DNA of 64,000 nucleotides from Candidatus Poribacteria bacterium (GCA_965215015.1 OZ244042.1:5248001-5312000); one strand, 5' to 3'. Positions 49,808 to 60,624 are shown, numbered from the stretch's first letter. A program made the numbers and translations. Notes: generated from the sequence alone by a model not told the origin.

Positions 49808-50050
49808 AGCTCCTTAGATTTTCAAACAGGTTCTGAGACAAACCTAGAATGTCGAGATATGAATCTTGACCTACGAGTATTAGATTGGGCTAGCAGATCA
49901 GGCGAGGCCGCCCAGCTTACAAATTATGGATAAGGTTGGGGGGAGCTGTAAACCTGCCCTATCAACTCTTATAGTTTAGTATAGTTTAGTGATTCATTGT
50001 TGCACAACATGACGCACAACGCTCGATCCCAATTCCGTCAGTCCTACTTC

Positions 50051-51067
50051 TTACTGTTCGGCTGCGACTTCATCCTGTCCAATAGCGCAGCGGAATCCTG
50101 CTACATAAGAGATATGATCTTCTGTACCTCTATCGCGCGAAGGCGTTCGGGCACCGATGGGTCCGAGGCTGTCATAATGATACCAAGAGCCGCCGCGCAG
50201 GACGCGGAATTTTTGCCCAAATTCTGTGGTTGTGAAGGTATTCCCCGGATACGCATCATACCAGCTATCTGTCCATTCCCATACATTTCCCGCCATATCG
50301 AAAACACCATAAGGACTAATACCTTGCGGATAGCTTCCCACAGGCTTTGGACCCGAACCCTCCCAGGATTCCACGTTGCATTTCGTTATATCGAACTCGT
50401 TGCCCCAGGGCCAGATTCTGGCGTCAGTCCCTCTGGCAGCTTTTTCCCACTCAATCTCTGTCGGGAGCCGCTTACCCACCCATCGACAATACGCGTTGGC
50501 ATCCTTCCAACTGACGTACACAACAGGAAAATGATCTTCTCCTTCAGGATGTTTTCGATTTTCCCAATGTCTGGGCGCGGCATGTCCGGTGGCATCGATA
50601 AATTTTTGGTAGTCGGCATTGGTCACCTCAAACTTGTCGATATAAAAGGGTTCTACATAAACCTCCTGCTGCGGTTTTTCAGACAAGAACCACTTGGGGT
50701 GTTCTACCAGTTCGCCTCCCCCCAGTTGGCGGATGACGAGTTGCTCTTCTTCATCACTGGTTCCCATGATAAATTTACCCGCGGGGATTAAAATCATATC
50801 CGACAGGCTAATTTTTTTGAGTTGGAAGGACCGGGCGAGTTTTCCGCCTTCGTGCTTCAGTTTTGCTGTCCCGGCATGATAGCCCCGCTTGCTAACAAGC
50901 ACTTGGTACATTGCTTCTGAGGTCGCTTCCGCCTGGTAGGGTGTAGTACCGACTTCCTCACCGTTTATAAAAACCGTCGCCCCAGACGGTGTTGAAGTGA
51001 TTTCAATCTTTTCACAACCTACGGTCGCAAGGAGGGCGATGCACAGAAAAATAGTAAAGAAACGCAT
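50051..51067 (-). CDS. Lipoprotein with PEGA and FGE-sulfatase (SUMF1) domains
   Basis: Lipobox TVGC; STPSGATVFINGEEVGTTP; FEVTNADY, RLPTEIEWEKAARG, DMAGNVWEW, RGGSW, GFRC. Confidence 0.92.
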   Translation of the reverse strand: MRFFTIFLCIALLATVGCEKIEITSTPSGATVFINGEEVGTTPYQAEATSEAMYQVLVSKRGYHAGTAKLKHEGGKLARSFQLKKISLSDMILIPAGKFIMGTSDEEEQLVIRQLGGGELVEHPKWFLSEKPQQEVYVEPFYIDKFEVTNADYQKFIDATGHAAPRHWENRKHPEGEDHFPVVYVSWKDANAYCRWVGKRLPTEIEWEKAARGTDARIWPWGNEFDITKCNVESWEGSGPKPVGSYPQGISPYGVFDMAGNVWEWTDSWYDAYPGNTFTTTEFGQKFRVLRGGSWYHYDSLGPIGARTPSRDRGTEDHISYVAGFRCAIGQDEVAAEQ

Positions 51068-51259
51068 GGGTATTGGTTATCTCCTTGAGGGTGGAGGGTT
51101 TATAATCGTTCCGCCACATAATTCTTTCGCACTATCCCTACTGCTACGATTGAAGTGGGAAGGGGTTTGGGCGAGAAAATTGAGAGTGGAGTTTTGGGGT
51201 GTAAGCCGCCACCCAGAAAAACGGATGGGGGCGGACGGACTTACAACCCGAATTGTGGT

Positions 51260-53164
51260 TTAGTATTTCAGGATAGAACCCCATTCCCCAACCGCCCAGA
51301 GGGTGCCATCTGCAGATTGGGTGATGTCGCTCAGAGTATTACGGGTGGGGCTCTGTTGGGCAAGCCATGTAACACCTCCGTCAGCGGTGTGCAGGATAGT
51401 TCCTTTTTCACCGACTGCCCATCCCTCGTTAGCATTGAGGAAGCATATTCCCTGCAAAGTGTCGTCGGTTGGTGTAACCTGTTGATTCCAGGTCGCCCCA
51501 CCATCGGTGGTTACATAAATCGCGCCGCCGGATCCAACGGTCCAAGCGGTTTGAGCGTCTATGGCGTAAATCGATCGTAGCTCATCGGGTCCGGCGATTA
51601 TAGCGGTCCACGTTTGTCCGGCGTCCTCGGTTTTTATAACGGTCCCGCTCGCCCCGACTGCCCAACCGATATTGGCGTCAACAAAGTAGACACCATACAG
51701 GTTGTTGAAAGCAACCATCATGTCTCCAGAGTCCTGACCATTCCATGTCTGCCCGCCATCATTCGTATGTGCGATTTTCCCGACTTCACCGACTCCCCAA
51801 CCGTGTTGCGGCGTTGAGAAGTGGAGGTCATAGTAGCCAAGGGCACTCTTCCAACTAGTTGCCGGATCGGAAAAGACGATTCGTTGTGCCGTGCCGTGTC
51901 CTTCGTCTGATGGGTCGCTGACGCTGTGCCATTCCAATCCACTGTCTAGTGCCTCAAGTAGGGTTGCATTGCTGCCAACGATGTAACCTCTCTTTGGATC
52001 AACGAAATGGATGCCGAACAGTTCAAACACATTTCCGCTGTATTGGGGTTGCCATGTGTGCCCGCCGTCGTTGGTGTGTAGGACGGTTCCCGATAAGCCG
52101 ACTGCCCATCCCAATTTATCATCAAAGAAATGGACTTTGGTTAAATGGTTACTCATTGAGATATTTTCCCACGAGGCACCACCATCGGCACTATGCAGGA
52201 CCGTCGCATAGTCGCCGACTGCCCAGACCTCTTGAGTGGTGACAAATTGAAGGGCGTAAAGTCGATTCGGCGCAGGTCTGGGTTCAAGCGGTGCCCACGT
52301 TTTGCCGCCATCGGCGGTTTTCAGAATAACGCCAAACTCTGCTGCGGCCAGTCCGTTGTTGGCGTCAATGAAATGGATACCCCAGATCGGTTCAGGCATA
52401 CCGTTGGAGTGAGGCACATTGCTCTCTTGGGTTTCCCAAGTCTCGCCGGCGTCGGTTGTATGGATTAATGCACCGTTACCGCCGACCGCCCACGCCCAAC
52501 CCATCTGATCGTTGAGTATACAGAGCCCATCAAGGCTGGCAGCGACACCCCCCTGTTGGGCTATCCAGTTTTGTCCGCCATCCGTGGTATGAATCACGGT
52601 GCCGGCGTCGCCGACCGCCCACCCCATTTGAGGGCTAGCGAATTGAACGCTCCGGATGGCGTTATTGGTTCCGGTTTCCTGCCGGGTCCATGTGGTGCCG
52701 CCGTCTGCGCTATGAATGAGAAGCCCTCCATCGCCGCCTGCCCAACCGTGTCGGTCATCAACGAAAAAGATGGTTGACAGCGCGGCACGGGTCCCGGTGG
52801 AAAGCTTCATCCACGTTGCCCCCCCATCGACCGTTTTTAACACGGTGCCCTCTTCGCCTGCAATCCAGCCGATTTGTGGGTTGATAAACCGGACTTTGTG
52901 AAATTCGTTTTTGAATGGAAGGGGTTGACTCGGTTGGGGAGTCCAAGTATTGCCACCATCCTTGGTATGTAGAATTGTGGACTGCGCGCCGACAATCCAA
53001 CCGTGCTGCTCATCTACGAAGAAAATATCTATCAACGCCGCCTGCCACTTTGATTCGCGCACAGCGGTCCATGCGCGGTCTGACGAGAAGGTGTTTGCCA
53101 CAGAGATGAGTAACAACCCTATAGCCATCAGCGTCGTGATATGCCATCGCTTGTTCATTTTCAT
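51260..53164 (-). CDS. YCF48/BNR-repeat beta-propeller protein, secreted
   Basis: Signal peptide; about 14 repeats F.D...GWAVG..G.(I/V)LHT.DGG.TW. Confidence 0.92.
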   Translation of the reverse strand: MKMNKRWHITTLMAIGLLLISVANTFSSDRAWTAVRESKWQAALIDIFFVDEQHGWIVGAQSTILHTKDGGNTWTPQPSQPLPFKNEFHKVRFINPQIGWIAGEEGTVLKTVDGGATWMKLSTGTRAALSTIFFVDDRHGWAGGDGGLLIHSADGGTTWTRQETGTNNAIRSVQFASPQMGWAVGDAGTVIHTTDGGQNWIAQQGGVAASLDGLCILNDQMGWAWAVGGNGALIHTTDAGETWETQESNVPHSNGMPEPIWGIHFIDANNGLAAAEFGVILKTADGGKTWAPLEPRPAPNRLYALQFVTTQEVWAVGDYATVLHSADGGASWENISMSNHLTKVHFFDDKLGWAVGLSGTVLHTNDGGHTWQPQYSGNVFELFGIHFVDPKRGYIVGSNATLLEALDSGLEWHSVSDPSDEGHGTAQRIVFSDPATSWKSALGYYDLHFSTPQHGWGVGEVGKIAHTNDGGQTWNGQDSGDMMVAFNNLYGVYFVDANIGWAVGASGTVIKTEDAGQTWTAIIAGPDELRSIYAIDAQTAWTVGSGGAIYVTTDGGATWNQQVTPTDDTLQGICFLNANEGWAVGEKGTILHTADGGVTWLAQQSPTRNTLSDITQSADGTLWAVGEWGSILKY

Positions 53165-53227
53165 TGTTGGTTCCTCCTCCTATAAATTTGTTGTCTGTTA
53201 TGCGTTGTCTGTTATGGAAACAGATAT

Positions 53228-53321
53228 ATTATACAACGATGGGTTGATACCGTCAAGCAGTTCTTTGATGTTTAGGAGTTTCTAATCTGTTCTTGACAGT
53301 TGGTTAGACTGATGATATGAT
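53228..53321. promoter_or_regulatory. Divergent near-consensus sigma70 promoters
   Basis: Minus: TTGACG(53256-53251)-N17-TATAAT(53233-53228). Plus: TTGACA(53293)-N17-TATGAT(53321) with TGn, pointing into the repeat array. Confidence 0.72.
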
Positions 53322-53357
53322 AACGCAAATGGGTTGATTGGGACATGGGTTCAGAAG

Positions 53358-54765
53358 TCCCCTAACCCCCCTAGCCCCCCCGCAAGCAGGGGGGAATTTG
53401 TAGGCCGGGGGGCAGACGTGCAATGAATTGCACTACTACAAACTCACGCCCCGTCTATACCCCTGCAAGCAGGGGGGAATTTGCATGGGGGGAGAGGAAG
53501 AGCTCCCACCAAGCCGGGGGGCAGACGTGCAATGAATTGCACTACTACAAACTCACGTCCGGTCTATACCCCCACAAGGAGGGAGGGGTCATTCTACAGA
53601 TTGTTAGGTGAAACTTAACAAGCCACGCGCAATGAATTGCACGACTTCTAACTGAATTGCATAACTTCTAATAAATAGCAAACAAGACCTAATGCTCTCT
53701 GACCAGGGCAACTCTTAGGTTTGTAGTAGGGCGATTCATCGCCCGTCCAAACGCCGGGGGACAGACGTGCAATGAATTGCACTACTACAAACTCACGCCC
53801 CCCCTAACCCCCCCGCAAGCAGGGGGGAATTTGCATGGGGGGAGAGGAAGAGCTCCCACCAAGCTGGGAGGGGACATGCCACGCGCAATGAATGGCGCGA
53901 CTACGAACTGAATTGTATAACTTATAATTGATAACAAAACAAGACCTAATGCACTCTGACCAGGGCAACTCTTAGGTTTGTAGTAGGGCGATTCATCGCC
54001 CGTCCAAACGCGCAATGGGCGCGGTACTACGAACTGAATTAAGGGCGTTTCCAAGCCGGGGGAGCAGACGTGCAATGAATTGCACTACTACAAGCCCACC
54101 CCCCCCTAACCCCCCCGCAAGCAGGGGGGAATTTGCATGGGGGGAGAGGAAGAGCTCCCACCAAGCTGGGAGGGGACATGCCACGCGCAATGAATGGCGC
54201 GACTACGAACTGAATTGTATAACTTATAATTGATAACAAAACAAGACCTAATGCCCGCTGACGAGGAAACCTCTTAGGTTTGTAGTAGGGCGATTCATCG
54301 CCCGTCCAAACGCGCCATGGGCGCGGTACTATGAACTGAATTAAGGGCGTTTCCAAGCCGGGGGGTAGACGTGCAATGAATTGCACTACTACAAGCCCAC
54401 CCCCCCCCCTAACCCCCCCGCAAGCGGGGGGGAATTTGCATGGGGGGAGAGGAAGAGCTCCCACCAAGCTGGGAGGGGACATGCCACGCGCAATGAATGG
54501 CGCGACTACGAACTGAATTGTATAACTTATAATTGATAACAAAACAAGACCTAATGCACTCTGACGAGGAAACCTCTTAGGTTTGTAGTAGGGCGATTCA
54601 TCGCCCGTCCAAACGCGCCATGGGCGCGGTACTATGAACTGAATTAAGGGCGTTTCCAAGCCGGGGGACAGACGTGCAATGAATTGCACTACTACAAACT
54701 CACCCCCCCTAACCCCCCCGCAAGCAGGGGGGAATTTGCAAGGGGGGAATTTGTTGGTGGGGGGG
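53358..54765 (+). repeat. REP/BIME-like tandem mosaic array (~257-303-bp period)
   Basis: GTAGTAGGGCGATTCATCGCCCG at 53723, 53980, 54282 and 54585, alternating with inverted ACGTGCAATGAATTGCACTACTAC and CCCCCCGCAAGCAGGGGGG hairpins. Confidence 0.95.
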
Positions 54766-54872
54766 CGTTTACCCTCACTTTCACTCGGAATGGCTCTCTT
54801 TGTGGATAGGGTGATTCTACTCCTAAAGGGACAGCGAAGAATCCCAAGCCTTTAGGTTTGGGAGTATGTCGA
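54766..54872 (+). mobile_element. Degenerate IS200/IS605 right end
   Basis: actcctaaaggg...agaatcccaagcctttaggtttgggagtatgtcga (TCAA mutated to TCGA). Confidence 0.65.
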
Positions 54873-54977
54873 AAACTTGGGGCATTGTTAATAATCATTA
54901 CTGTTTTTGTGTGCGAAATCCTGCCTTGACCGGCAGAAAGCCACAGGAACTATCAATCTTTCGCAAGGAGATTGGAT

Positions 54978-57900
54978 ATGCCAGAAACATCACAATTTTA
55001 CCTAGGTTTGGAGGTGGGAAGTGGGGAAATAGGAACCGGACTCCAAGGGATCCTAAATCACATCCGCGAGACTGCTACTTCCGAATACCTCATCGGTAAT
55101 GAATTTGAACGACTCATGAAACAGTATTTCTGTGTAGACCCGCTTTACAAAGAGCGGTTTACCGATGTCTATCTGTGGAAAGAGTGGGCTGCGCTCCGTA
55201 CAGAATACGACGGTGGCGATATCGGAATTGACCTCGTTGCACGAGAGAGCAACGGCGAGTACTGTGCGATTCAGTGCAAATGTTTTGCGGAGAATACACG
55301 GGTTACGAAGCCACAGATTGATTCGTTTATCTCCGCTTCAGCGGCCGAGGTGTTCACAAAGCGAATTCTTGTCCATACGGGGGCTGAGTTAGGCCCAAAC
55401 GTACGCAAAACCATCGAGCCGCTGGGGCCCGATTTCCAAGTGATTGGCTATGGCCATCTTGCCAGTCGACCGATCGACTGGCCCGATCTGCGCCATGAAG
55501 CACCGGAAAAACTGGACTATCGGGTAGAGCGGTTCGATCTGAGAGATCATCAACAGGAAGCGTTTAATGATGTTATCAACGGGTTCAAAGGTGCCGATCG
55601 GGGCAAACTCATCATGGCCTGCGGGACCGGCAAGACCTTTACCGCCCTGAAAATCGCTGAGAGGATGGCGGGTATAGGCGGTAGAGTGCTCTATCTCGTT
55701 CCATCCATTGGTTTATTTTCGCAGGCGATGCGAGAATGGGCAGAGCAGCAGGGGGTACAGCATCGTTATATAGGAATCTGTTCCGATACAAGTGCCGGTA
55801 AAAAGAGTGAGGATGTGCCCATTCAAGAATTGGAGATACCGGTCACCACAAATCCGTCCAAGATTGCTGGAGCACTGCAGAAGACAGATGCGGACGCGAT
55901 GACAGTGGTATTCTGCACCTATCATTCGCTCCCCATCGTCGAGAGTGCACAGGAACAAGGCGCGCCGGCGTTTGACCTGGTTCTTTGTGACGAGGCACAT
56001 AGAACCACCGGCATTGAGGATATTGAAAACACAACCTCTCCATTCGTGCTTGTACACAATGCTGAGCGCATTCGTGCAAAAAAGCGGCTCTACATGACCG
56101 CGACGCCACGGCTTTACACCGAAGGCGCGAAAGCAAAAGCCGCCCGCCATGACATCGAGGTGTTCTCAATGGACGACCCCGACACCTATGGCCTCGAGTT
56201 TCACCGTCTCCCCTTCTCCAGAGCCGTTGAGCAAGATCTACTCTCCGACTACAAGGTGGCAATCTTTACCATGTATGAGCCGGATGCGGCCGCGACGCTA
56301 GAAAAATATATCGGGACGGACGGGAGCGAGATTAATATTACCGATGCGACCAAGTTTGTCGGCTGCTGGCGGGCACTCCAAGACCCGGAGGGCAGGTCCG
56401 GTGACGACGCAACGAACCAGTCCCTGACACGCGCGATCGCATTCAACAACACCATCCGCAATTCAAAGCGTCTAGCCGAGCATTGGAACGGGGTGATTGA
56501 GAGTGCCATCGAACAGATGCCGGAGGACCTGCGCCCCCTCAATTTTGAATGCGAAACGCAGCATGTTGATGGGCAGCACAACGCGTTCGATCGGAAAACT
56601 CGAATCGAATGGCTGAAAGGCAGCACCGGTGCTTGTCGCATCCTCTCAAATGCGCGCTGTCTCTCCGAGGGCATTGATGTGCCCGCACTCGACGCAGTAA
56701 TCTTTATGACCCCTAAGAACTCGCATATTGACATTGTGCAAGCGGTGGGGCGTGTCATGCGGAAAGCACCGGGCAAGGAATACGGCTACATCATACTGCC
56801 GGTTGCAATTCCCCCCGGCACAGATCCCGCCGCTGCCCTCGACAACAATGAACGCTTCGCCGTTGTGTGGAATGTCCTACGCGCCTTGCGGTCCCACGAC
56901 GACAGACTCAACGCCGAAATCAACAAAATTGACCTCAGCACGGCACCCACCGATCGGATTCTCTTCCCTAACGGGGGCGGCGATGGAGACGGGGACGAGG
57001 AGGCCCTACAACAGTTAATTTCATTCGGCCTGGCAGAAATTCCGCCCCAAGATATTTACGCTAAAATTGTGGAGCGATGTGGCGACCGGAAATACTGGGA
57101 GAGCTGGGCGAAGGATGTCGCAGATATTTTTCAGCGAGTCGTCGTCCGAATCAAAAACCTACTGGACAATCCGGACAACGATGTGCTGCACGAATGGTTC
57201 AATAACTTCCATAAGGAGTTAAGAGAAACGATAAATGCCTCGATTACTCGGGACGCTGCGATTGAGATGATGGCGCAGCATCTCCTGACCCGTCCTGTCT
57301 TTGAGGCACTGTTCGAGAATTACAACTTTGCATCTGGCAACCCTGTGGCAATTGCGCTGGACAGTCTACGGAACGATTTTGGAGAATTTGGGTTTGAGGA
57401 CGAAACGCGGGATTTAGAGGGATTTTACGAAAGCGTCCGGCTGCGCGCCCGCGGCATTGACAACAGCGAAGGGCGGCAACGCGTCCTATTGGAGCTCTAC
57501 GAGAAGTTTTTCGCCACTGCCTTGAAAAAGGAAGCTGAACGGCTCGGCATCGTCTACACACCTGTTGAGGTTGTGGACTTCATCTTACACAGTGCCGCTG
57601 AAGTGTTGCGGCAGGAGTTCGGCAGAAGTCTGAGCGATGAGGGTGTTCATGTGCTCGATCCGTTCACCGGTACTGGCGTTTTTCTCGCCCGTTTGCTTCA
57701 ATCTGACCTTATCCAAGCGTCCGATCTTGAACGGAAATATCGTGAGGAGCTACATGCCAATGAGCTTGTCTTGCTGGCCTACTATATCGCGGCGGTTAAT
57801 ATAGAAGAAGCGTTCCGTGGACGACGTGGAGAAGATAGCGGCTACGAGCCGTTCAAGGGCATCGTCTTAACCGATACATTCAACCTGAACAGAGAGGGGG

Positions 57901-59786
57901 ACCCAACCCTCTTCCCGAAAGAGTGGCTGCCGGACAACAACGCCCGCGCCGAACGTCAACAGAAACTCCCTATCCAAATCATCGTTGGGAACCCACCTTG
58001 GTCAGCAGGGCAGAAGAGTTCAGCGGACGACAACCCCAACGTAGACTATCCTGCACTTGAAAAACGCATTGCAGAAACCTACGCCGCCCGGTCCATAACT
58101 ACGAATAAAAACAGTCTCTATGACACATACAAGATGGCAATCCGCTGGGCATCGGACAGAGTTCAGGAACAGGGAATCATCGCCTTTGTTACCAACGGTT
58201 CGTGGATTGATGGAAACGTTGATACAGGTATTCGGGCATGTTTTGCCGAGGAGTTTAGTTCAATCTATGTCCTGAACTTGCGCGGAAATCAACGTACTCA
58301 GGGAGAACGTTCACGTTGTGAGGGAGGCAAAGTATTTGGTTCAGGCTCAAGGGCACCCGTTGCTATCACAATACTGGTCAAAAATCCGAACGCTGCACAC
58401 AACGGTTGTCTCATCCGCTATTGTGATATCGGTAGCTATCTTAGCCGCGAGCAGAAGCTGGAAGCACTTCACGACGCACAGTCAATCTCGGGGTTCAGCG
58501 ATTGGCAAAAGATCACGCCCGATAAGCATTACGATTGGATTGGACAGCGCAGCGAAGCGTTTGCTCGGTTCTATCCGATGGGATCGAAGGAGACTAAGGC
58601 GGGTAAGGCGGACAATGCAATATTCAGGTTGTATTCGCAGGGATTGAAGACAGGCAGAGACTCATATCTCTACAATTTCTCTCGTGATGCCTGTGCCGAG
58701 AATGCGCTGCGAATGACGCAGGATTACCTTGCTGCGTTCTCCGATAGGGAACAGAACCCTAAACTCACGGAAGAGGCGGCTGCGCGACGTCACTCATCAA
58801 ATCTTAAGTGGGATCGGGAGCTCAAGAACAATCTGAAGCGAAAGAAAAAGCCCCAATTTGAGGATGGCTACATTCGGAAGGTTGTGTATCGACCCTTCGT
58901 TGCCACGAATTGTTACGCGGACTACACCTTCGTACAGATGAAGTACCAGATGGATCGAATTTTCCCAGACAGTGCGATCGAAAATCGCGCGATATGTGTT
59001 CCCGGCATCGGCTCGAAAAAGGCATTTTCCGCGCTTATAACCGATACAGTGCCGGATCTTGGTTTTAATAATGCCTCACAGTGCTTCCCGCGGTACCGAT
59101 ATCGGAAGCCGACGGATGCGACGGATACGGCAAAAGTGCAGGACGAGTTTCCGGGGATTCAACCGAAGCCGGATTGCATTGACAACATCTCAGATCTGGC
59201 GTTCCGCTCCTTCCGTGAGCATTATCGCGATGATACAATCACAAAAGATGCAATATTTGATTATGTTTACGGGATTCTACATTCTCCGAGTTATCGAGAA
59301 GAATTCGCAAACGATTTGTCGAAGGAGATACCTCGTATCCCATTCGCCCCCGATTTCCACGCCTTCGCAGAAGCTGGGAAAACACTTGCAGCACTCCACC
59401 TCGGTTATGAGACGTGCGAACAGTACCCGCTCTCCCTCGTGTTTGCTCATAACGGGGAGCCGCAACCGCATCATTTTCGGTTGACTGAGAAGGCGATGTG
59501 TTTCGCTACGCCTGCAAAAACGACGCTCATTATCAACGAGCACCTACGCTTATCGGGTATCCCGCAGGCGGCGCATCAGTACGTCGTCAACGGCAGAACG
59601 CCGCTGGAGTGGTTCATTGACCGCTACAAGATAAAACGGGACAGGGACAGCGGTATTCGCAACGATCCGAACGGTTGGTTTGCAGACCCCCGTGATCTGG
59701 TCACAGCCATCGAACGCATCGTTTATGTCAGTGTGGAATCAACTCGGGTTATTGAAGAGTTGCCTTCTCTTTTGTCTGAATCATGA
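54978..59786 (+). CDS. Type ISP restriction-modification enzyme (LlaGI/LlaBIII-like nuclease-helicase-methyltransferase-TRD fusion)
   Basis: Mrr-type GIDLVA...AIQCK; SF2 MACGTGKT, DEAH, MTATPR, QAVGRVMRK; MTase VLDPFTGTG, GNPPW; C-terminal YRPF, QCFP, YVVNGRTPLEW, NDPN. AAGGAG-N7-ATG. Confidence 0.95.
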   Translation: MPETSQFYLGLEVGSGEIGTGLQGILNHIRETATSEYLIGNEFERLMKQYFCVDPLYKERFTDVYLWKEWAALRTEYDGGDIGIDLVARESNGEYCAIQCKCFAENTRVTKPQIDSFISASAAEVFTKRILVHTGAELGPNVRKTIEPLGPDFQVIGYGHLASRPIDWPDLRHEAPEKLDYRVERFDLRDHQQEAFNDVINGFKGADRGKLIMACGTGKTFTALKIAERMAGIGGRVLYLVPSIGLFSQAMREWAEQQGVQHRYIGICSDTSAGKKSEDVPIQELEIPVTTNPSKIAGALQKTDADAMTVVFCTYHSLPIVESAQEQGAPAFDLVLCDEAHRTTGIEDIENTTSPFVLVHNAERIRAKKRLYMTATPRLYTEGAKAKAARHDIEVFSMDDPDTYGLEFHRLPFSRAVEQDLLSDYKVAIFTMYEPDAAATLEKYIGTDGSEINITDATKFVGCWRALQDPEGRSGDDATNQSLTRAIAFNNTIRNSKRLAEHWNGVIESAIEQMPEDLRPLNFECETQHVDGQHNAFDRKTRIEWLKGSTGACRILSNARCLSEGIDVPALDAVIFMTPKNSHIDIVQAVGRVMRKAPGKEYGYIILPVAIPPGTDPAAALDNNERFAVVWNVLRALRSHDDRLNAEINKIDLSTAPTDRILFPNGGGDGDGDEEALQQLISFGLAEIPPQDIYAKIVERCGDRKYWESWAKDVADIFQRVVVRIKNLLDNPDNDVLHEWFNNFHKELRETINASITRDAAIEMMAQHLLTRPVFEALFENYNFASGNPVAIALDSLRNDFGEFGFEDETRDLEGFYESVRLRARGIDNSEGRQRVLLELYEKFFATALKKEAERLGIVYTPVEVVDFILHSAAEVLRQEFGRSLSDEGVHVLDPFTGTGVFLARLLQSDLIQASDLERKYREELHANELVLLAYYIAAVNIEEAFRGRRGEDSGYEPFKGIVLTDTFNLNREGDPTLFPKEWLPDNNARAERQQKLPIQIIVGNPPWSAGQKSSADDNPNVDYPALEKRIAETYAARSITTNKNSLYDTYKMAIRWASDRVQEQGIIAFVTNGSWIDGNVDTGIRACFAEEFSSIYVLNLRGNQRTQGERSRCEGGKVFGSGSRAPVAITILVKNPNAAHNGCLIRYCDIGSYLSREQKLEALHDAQSISGFSDWQKITPDKHYDWIGQRSEAFARFYPMGSKETKAGKADNAIFRLYSQGLKTGRDSYLYNFSRDACAENALRMTQDYLAAFSDREQNPKLTEEAAARRHSSNLKWDRELKNNLKRKKKPQFEDGYIRKVVYRPFVATNCYADYTFVQMKYQMDRIFPDSAIENRAICVPGIGSKKAFSALITDTVPDLGFNNASQCFPRYRYRKPTDATDTAKVQDEFPGIQPKPDCIDNISDLAFRSFREHYRDDTITKDAIFDYVYGILHSPSYREEFANDLSKEIPRIPFAPDFHAFAEAGKTLAALHLGYETCEQYPLSLVFAHNGEPQPHHFRLTEKAMCFATPAKTTLIINEHLRLSGIPQAAHQYVVNGRTPLEWFIDRYKIKRDRDSGIRNDPNGWFADPRDLVTAIERIVYVSVESTRVIEELPSLLSES

Positions 59787-59795
59787 TTTTCAGGA

Positions 59796-60593
59796 TTGAA
59801 GGATTTTCAGGAACGGTTGTGGGGTTCGGGAGGGGATTGGAAGGGGGTTCAAAGCTTGGTCAGTGAGGATAATAAATTGTTGCTAGAGCTATACAAAGAG
59901 GTGGGACTTGCGGTTCGCCAGTTTACTTCGGAGGTCTATGCAACCAACCGCCTGATGCTACCCCCTCTTGTTATTGGCTTATTGGTGTTATATGGCGATG
60001 TTACGAAGTTTTTGGGGGTGGAATTTCAAAACGCCGAGGCTGTACATTGCTTAGTCTGGTTTGGTTGTGTGATAATATCTCTGATATGGATATGCAACGT
60101 GAGTCGTCTCGCACAAGTCATCCACTGGCATTTTGAAACAATGAGACAGTGTGAGTGCGAATTGGGGTTAATAGGACACAGGAAGATAGCCCAACTGGAT
60201 GAGAAATTAGGTGTTTCAAAAATCCTAAGACACAATGTGCTCCGATTCATCGGTTTTTGGATATATTTCTCTCTCCTTTTAAATGTCCTGCCAACATCTA
60301 TCTTTTTCTATGAAACCTTAATTCCGTGGTTTTCGATTGTAGCTAGCGGGGTATTATCACCTGGACAAATTCTTTTAGCGGGAGGAACGAACATTATTTC
60401 GATTGGAGTTAGCGCGGTATTATCATTCGGGATTTGGTGCCTGTATTTTTTTATATTATCAAGTGAAACTTCCAGCAAAACGAGATGTATTGCTTCTATG
60501 GTACTCCTGATTCTTTCTTCTATCGTACTCTTGCCTCTTTTTTATTTTGTTATGGTGTGTTTTCTCGTATATCTATGGACACAGTCCTGCTAA
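59796..60593 (+). CDS. Hypothetical multi-pass membrane protein, AT-richer than neighbours
   Basis: 265-aa ORF with about 5-6 hydrophobic helices directly after the Type ISP stop; start uncertain (possibly TTG 59856). Confidence 0.6.
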   Translation: MKDFQERLWGSGGDWKGVQSLVSEDNKLLLELYKEVGLAVRQFTSEVYATNRLMLPPLVIGLLVLYGDVTKFLGVEFQNAEAVHCLVWFGCVIISLIWICNVSRLAQVIHWHFETMRQCECELGLIGHRKIAQLDEKLGVSKILRHNVLRFIGFWIYFSLLLNVLPTSIFFYETLIPWFSIVASGVLSPGQILLAGGTNIISIGVSAVLSFGIWCLYFFILSSETSSKTRCIASMVLLILSSIVLLPLFYFVMVCFLVYLWTQSC

Positions 60594-60624
60594 TGCCCAT
60601 CTTATGCAAGGATTAAGATATGCT

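Noticed and set aside
49997-50791. 264-aa plus-strand ORF and other long antisense ORFs (416-1024, 25738-26388, 27466-28143)
   Set aside because: They overlap well-supported genes on the opposite strand and have no recognisable motifs.
54258-54275. CTGACGAGGAAAC as a hammerhead ribozyme core (also at 54561)
   Set aside because: Only one base lies between CUGANGA and GAAA, so stem II cannot form; it reads better as a GAGG-AAA-CCTC hairpin, and other units have CTGACCAGGGCAAC.
53423-54898. Short ORFs in the REP arrays (e.g. 54039-54689) and MNPxYxDSDN ORFs at 20553-21873
   Set aside because: They are translations of non-coding repeats, with no RBS, mostly TTG/GTG starts, and frames broken by homopolymer indels between units.
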